A stretch of 64,000 nt of DNA from the human T2T-CHM13v2.0 reference genome, Homo sapiens. The notes under the pieces are model-generated. The model saw only the letters and a program-made list of their open reading frames with translations. It was not told the origin of the DNA and did no database searches. Both the position numbers and the translations under genes were made by a program. Positions 59,336 to 64,000 of the stretch are shown here, in pieces. The DNA lies in assembly GCF_009914755.1 (NCBI RefSeq), contig NC_060936.1. One strand, written 5' to 3'. Within the stretch, counting starts at the first letter, position 1. Each line of letters opens with the position of its first letter.

Positions 59336-60256
59336 TTGAAGTTCCTTATGTACCATGATTATGGAGGCACCGTCTTAGTGCCATCACTAAGGTGGATAAG
59401 AAGCTTTTTGGTTTATTTTGTCAGTCCTCATCATAGCCCTCATAATGGACTCAGATTTTTTCTGCTGACATCGTGGCTAGAACCCAAGCCATTATATAAA
59501 TGAAATCATGATACTGTTATTTGCCTTCACCCTAAATGGGACCATATTAAATGTATTTACATATATTTATTTTAATGACAGTCTTTACATCTATGCCATT
59601 GAGTAAAAAAGAGGTATGTGCTGTGGCCAAAATATACTTTGCATAACAGGCTTATGCTGCCTCTTTTATCCACCACCAATTTTCTTCAACCTAGTGGGCT
59701 CAGGCATTCTTCTCTGAGCAAATTATTTCCAAAGTCTACCCAAGTCTCTCTCTTTTTGTTTTGTGTCAGTAAGAAAGCAAAGTACCTTATAAAATATAAA
59801 AATATCCATACCTTGTTGGAACCTTCATCTGTCTTCCTCAAAAAAGTCATGGATTTTGTGGACTATATCAAGCTTGATTAATTATAATTCAAGATTTTTA
59901 ACTCCTAAAGTATGATGTGTGTGTGTGTCTGTCTGTGTGTCTATTTCAAAATATGCCTGAGCACATAACTTTTTACCTAGATTATGTCTAATAAGGTATT
60001 TTCTCTATATTTAACAATGTATCTTTAGTGTTTAAATAAATGTCATGAGTAGTAGTGTTCATTTACTTCTTGTTTTTTCTTTTTCTTAACAATTTACAGT
60101 CATTAACTAATACACATCATGAAAGTCTCTTTACCTTACAGCCTGAAAAAACTTACAATTTTTCCTACTTAACCTTACCAACTGAGTATTTCTACTTACA
60201 AATAGACACAATCAACTGAATACAAGAAGGTCAGAAGCAATGTTTTGATGTAAATG

Positions 60257-60285
60257 AGTGTGTACGTGTGAAAGTGTATGTGTGT

Positions 60286-60329
<44 letters not shown>
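60257..60329. repeat. (TG)n(GA)n microsatellite
   Basis: gtgtgtgtgtg...gagagagagaga. Confidence 0.9.
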
Positions 60330-60384
60330 TCGCCCTGTGGAGAACTGTTTAAAAGGTCATACTGAGTGAGGCAATCACTATTAG

Positions 60385-60871
60385 GGAAATGTTCCAAACT
60401 GCTGACCCCCAAGAAGAATTTTGTCTGCAGATCTACAGATGTGTTTTATTTGGCACACACAGTGTTTAAAACAAACTTGAATTAATCACCACATTTAAAA
60501 AATGGGAAATTTCTCTCAAAAAAATTCCATCTTCTCTGAAAAAATCAGGAAATATATCCACACTGGGCCCACATGCTTGAGTGACAGAAGTCTGCTGTAG
60601 CCTAATAGCAGCTGCTCCTTCTGATGGGGGATGAACCCTCCAGATCTGTCAATCCAAATGTTCTATTGCTAGTTGCATTTGTCTAAGACAAGAAAAAACA
60701 TAGACATGCTTCTTTAAAAACAATTACGTTTTGAAATTCTTTTGCATGGGACAAAGTAGGACTTTTGAGGGCTGTGCGAAGTAAGGGAGTAAGGGTTTGG
60801 CCAGCATTTACCTGGCTTTCTTAACCTATTTGCCAGCTTGGCCCCTATAGGCCTCTCAGTTTCAAGCCCTG
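60385..60871. mobile_element. MER102/Charlie8-like hAT element
   Basis: gatgtgttttatttggcacacacagtg...cttctctgaaaaaatcagga...acactgggcccaca...ggcccctataggc. Confidence 0.7.
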
Positions 60872-60894
60872 ATTTAAGATTTTAGAACATGTGA

Positions 60895-61430
60895 GATAGC
60901 TAATACTTTTGGGTTACAAGTGGTAAAACCAACTTAGATTTCCTTAAAAATAAAAGTGGTAAGTGATTGGCTCAAATTATTTGAATGTAGGGATATAAAT
61001 TAATGCCATCAGAAATCTACAATTTTTGTTCTCTGTTTCTTAACTCTGTTGTCCTCTGTGTTGGTAACATTCTAAGGCTGGCTATAGCCATGAGATGTTA
61101 GAGACCACTGGGTATCCCCAGGCTTACATAATCTTTAATACCAATGATTCTAGAAAAAGGGAAAATATATTTCCCAACTAATCCAACATAACACTTTTGA
61201 GACAGCTTTTATTAACCTATCTCAGGCCGCATGAACAACCCAACCCATTACGCCTGAACAGGGGCTTTGTATTCTTATTAGCCAGGCCTATGTCTCAGGT
61301 TATCTAACTATCTCTGTGGCAGGAGCCAAAAGAGTGAATTTAACTGGACACTGATAAAGTAATATGCCCATAGTAAAGGAGAATTCTGTTAATGGAAGAA
61401 GAAAGATTTCATCTGGACAAAATGACAGTT
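60895..61430 (-). mobile_element. Old MLT1 (J/K/L-like) MaLR LTR
   Basis: ttttgggttacaagtggtaaaaccaactta...gattggctca...ttagccaggcctatgtc. Confidence 0.5.
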
Positions 61431-61764
61431 GTCATAGACAATTACAAATTGGGATATTACACTAGGGATCTCTGTGGTTATTCAGAAATGCATGCTTGAG
61501 TTACTAAATGAGTTTCTAGAACAAAGTAAAAATGTGACTTATATATATTTCCCATGAAATCTATGAGGTAGTATAAACATATCATATATTTTTATACAAC
61601 TGGACCACTGAGGAATAAAAAGAATGAGATGTTATCAAGGAAGTTAAAGAAGTCACATTGTAATGGAAAGAATAACATACTGGGAGCCAGAGATTTTAGT
61701 GTTATTACTAGCTGTGTTACCTTAAGTATGTCATTTATATATTTTGGATCTTGGTTTTACATTT

Positions 61765-64000
61765 TTTAAATTGTGAAATATATAATATATAAATACAAAT
61801 ATACAAATATATGCACACATTTTAAGGAATAATATTAAAGCAAGCATCCTTGTTACCACCACTCAGCCTAACAGTGAAAATATTGCCATCTACTTAGAAT
61901 TCCCTGAGGTGCCCCTCTAGTGTTTCTTCTTCCCTTCTCTCCCAACAATCCGAATAATCACCAATCTGAATTTTGTGTTACTCATTCTCTTATTTTCTTT
62001 TTATTTTTATCAGACACATATATTTATGCCTAAAATATAGGCATAAATGTCTATTTAGTTTGGCCTGTTTTGGAAATTTATAAAAATGGAATAATACTTT
62101 AGGTTTATTTCTGTCACTTATTTTGTTCAAAATTATATAATATATGTAAGATTCAGTAATGTTGTACACATACCTGCTATTAGGTTTCAAAGAAATTTCA
62201 AATTGCAATGTCTTCCTCACAAAATTAATGTTTACTTATTATAAAGTAAAAGTCTTTATCTTTGGTAATGCCTTTCATTATATAATACTTTCTCAGTAAA
62301 TTATATAACAATCCCAATTTTCTTGGTTCATCTCTTTCCATTCTTTTACTTTCTATATTTATTTTTAAATGCATAAAAAGCATATACATTGATGTTTAAG
62401 TTCAGTCTTAAAATCTGTTCTTTAGCTCGAGAATTTAGTTGGTTGTATTTAGACTGATTTGTAATATAATTGGATTCACTTTTATATGTTGTTTTCCTAC
62501 CGATTCTAAGTATTCTTTTTCTTATTTCTTGCCTTCTTTGGAATTAATTTTGTCTCATGATACATTTTTCTTGCTACCCCAGTATTTTTAAGGTATACAC
62601 TTTTTTTTCAACTGTGGTAGGGATTACCATGGCAATTACAAAATACACATTTTCAACATTGAACTCTAATCAGTATCATTGCTTTCTTCCAAGATCATAT
62701 AAAACCAACAGAATGATTTAATTTGCTCTACTCATAACAACTTACTTCTGTTCAATATTTTAATTCTACATATATAACTCTGTTAAACATTACATTATAT
62801 GTTTTACTCAGTAACTAGTCATTTAGATATACTCATATATTTATCACTTTGTGTACTTTTTCTTCCATTAATTTTACCCCTTCATCGGGGTCCTCTTTCT
62901 TTTTGTCTAGAGTAGTGGTCCCCAACCTTTTGGCATCAGGGACTGGTTTCCTGGAAGCCAATTTTTCCACAAACTGGGGTTAGGGATATGGTTTTGGGAT
63001 GATTCAAGTGCATTACATTTATTGTGCACTTTATTTCTATTATTATTACATTGTAATATATGATGAAATAATTATACAACTCACCATAATGTAGAACCAG
63101 CAGGAGCCCTAAGCGTGTTTTTCTGCAACCAGATGGTCCCATCTTGGGGTGGTGGGAGAGAGTGACAGATCATCAGCCATTAGATTCTCACAAGGGGCAT
63201 GCAACTTATATCCCTTACATGTGCACTTTACAATAGGATTTGTGCCCCTGTGAGAATCTAATACCTCCTCTGATCTGACAGGAGGTGGAGCTCAGGTGGT
63301 AATGCAAGCAATGGGGAGTGGCTGTAAATACAGATGAAGCTTTGCTTGCTTGCCCACTGCTCACCTCCTCTATGCAGCCAGGTTCCTAACAGGCCATGGA
63401 CCAGGGTACCAGGGACCTTGGCCTGGGGATCAAGGACCCCTGGCCCAGAGTACATCATTTAGACTTCAGCCCAGTTTCACCTGTGATAAATTCATTTTTT
63501 TCTGAAAATGTCTTTTGTTTTTTAACCTCCATTCTTGAGAAATTTTCTTTTCTTATATTTTTTGAGGTTGAAATTTATTTCTTTGGAGCCTGTTGAAGTT
63601 ATCATCACTGAAGTCTGGCTTCTATTATTGTTATTGAGAAGTGAGTTCTCTGTCAAATTATTACTCCTTTAAGTAATGTGGTTTTTAGCTTTTTAATTTT
63701 CTTGGTGTGCCACTGGTTTTCCTCAATTTTACAATGATATGCCTAGGGGTGGAAGTCCTTTTATTTATCCTTTGTTGGACTATTTTGGCTTGATGTCTTT
63801 TATCAGTTTTCAAATGTTCTTAGACTCTGTATCTTCAGATATGCATCTATGCCATTCTCTTTCTCTCACCTTCTGGAGCTTTGAATAGAAATGTTATATT
63901 TGATTCTATTATTTTTTGCTCTCTCTATATTAATTAATCTTTTCTGACTTATTGTCTAATAGTTCACCACTTTTTTTCTTCACCTGGTCCTATCAAATTC
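61765..64000 (-). mobile_element. Old L1ME/L1MD fragments, interrupted by MER1A; continue off the right edge
   Basis: tttggcctgttttggaaatttataaaaatggaataatac; ctggcttctattattgttattgagaagt... Confidence 0.65.
62913..63442. mobile_element. MER1A hAT-Charlie element, full length; degenerate 8-bp TSD gtctagag/gcccagag
   Basis: tagtggtccccaaccttttggcatcagggactgg...ggacccctg; 530 bp; TSD at 62905-62912 / 63443-63450. Confidence 0.92.

Overview
AT-rich primate (human-like) genomic DNA with no recognisable protein-coding exon, tRNA, rRNA or CpG island. Much of the window is transposable-element debris: L1 (two ~2.7-3 kb 5'-truncated L1PA copies, an L1PB, older L1MA/L1ME), nine Alu or Alu-derived elements, L2/MIR, MaLR/ERV1/ERVL LTRs, a partial MER61-type provirus and hAT DNA-transposon MERs. 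There is also a 3'-truncated U6 retrocopy. The long ORFs are disrupted L1 ORF2 fragments or Alu/chance ORFs. I found no convincing new gene system. The notable signals are unusual retrotransposition/repair scars: (i) an L1PA that appears to have co-inserted ~650 bp of unrelated DNA between one pair of TSDs (45619-49301); (ii) a ~62-bp-arm fold-back palindrome of the target site at the 5' junction of another L1PA (6690-6831); (iii) a ~145-bp twin-primed micro-L1 with a ~1.26-kb internal gap (10871-11043); (iv) a chain of three local dispersed duplications (33140-36740); (v) an L1PB whose ORF2 3' part is fused directly to 5'-end sequence. Subfamily names come from recalled consensus sequences, not a database search, and boundaries of ancient repeats are approximate.
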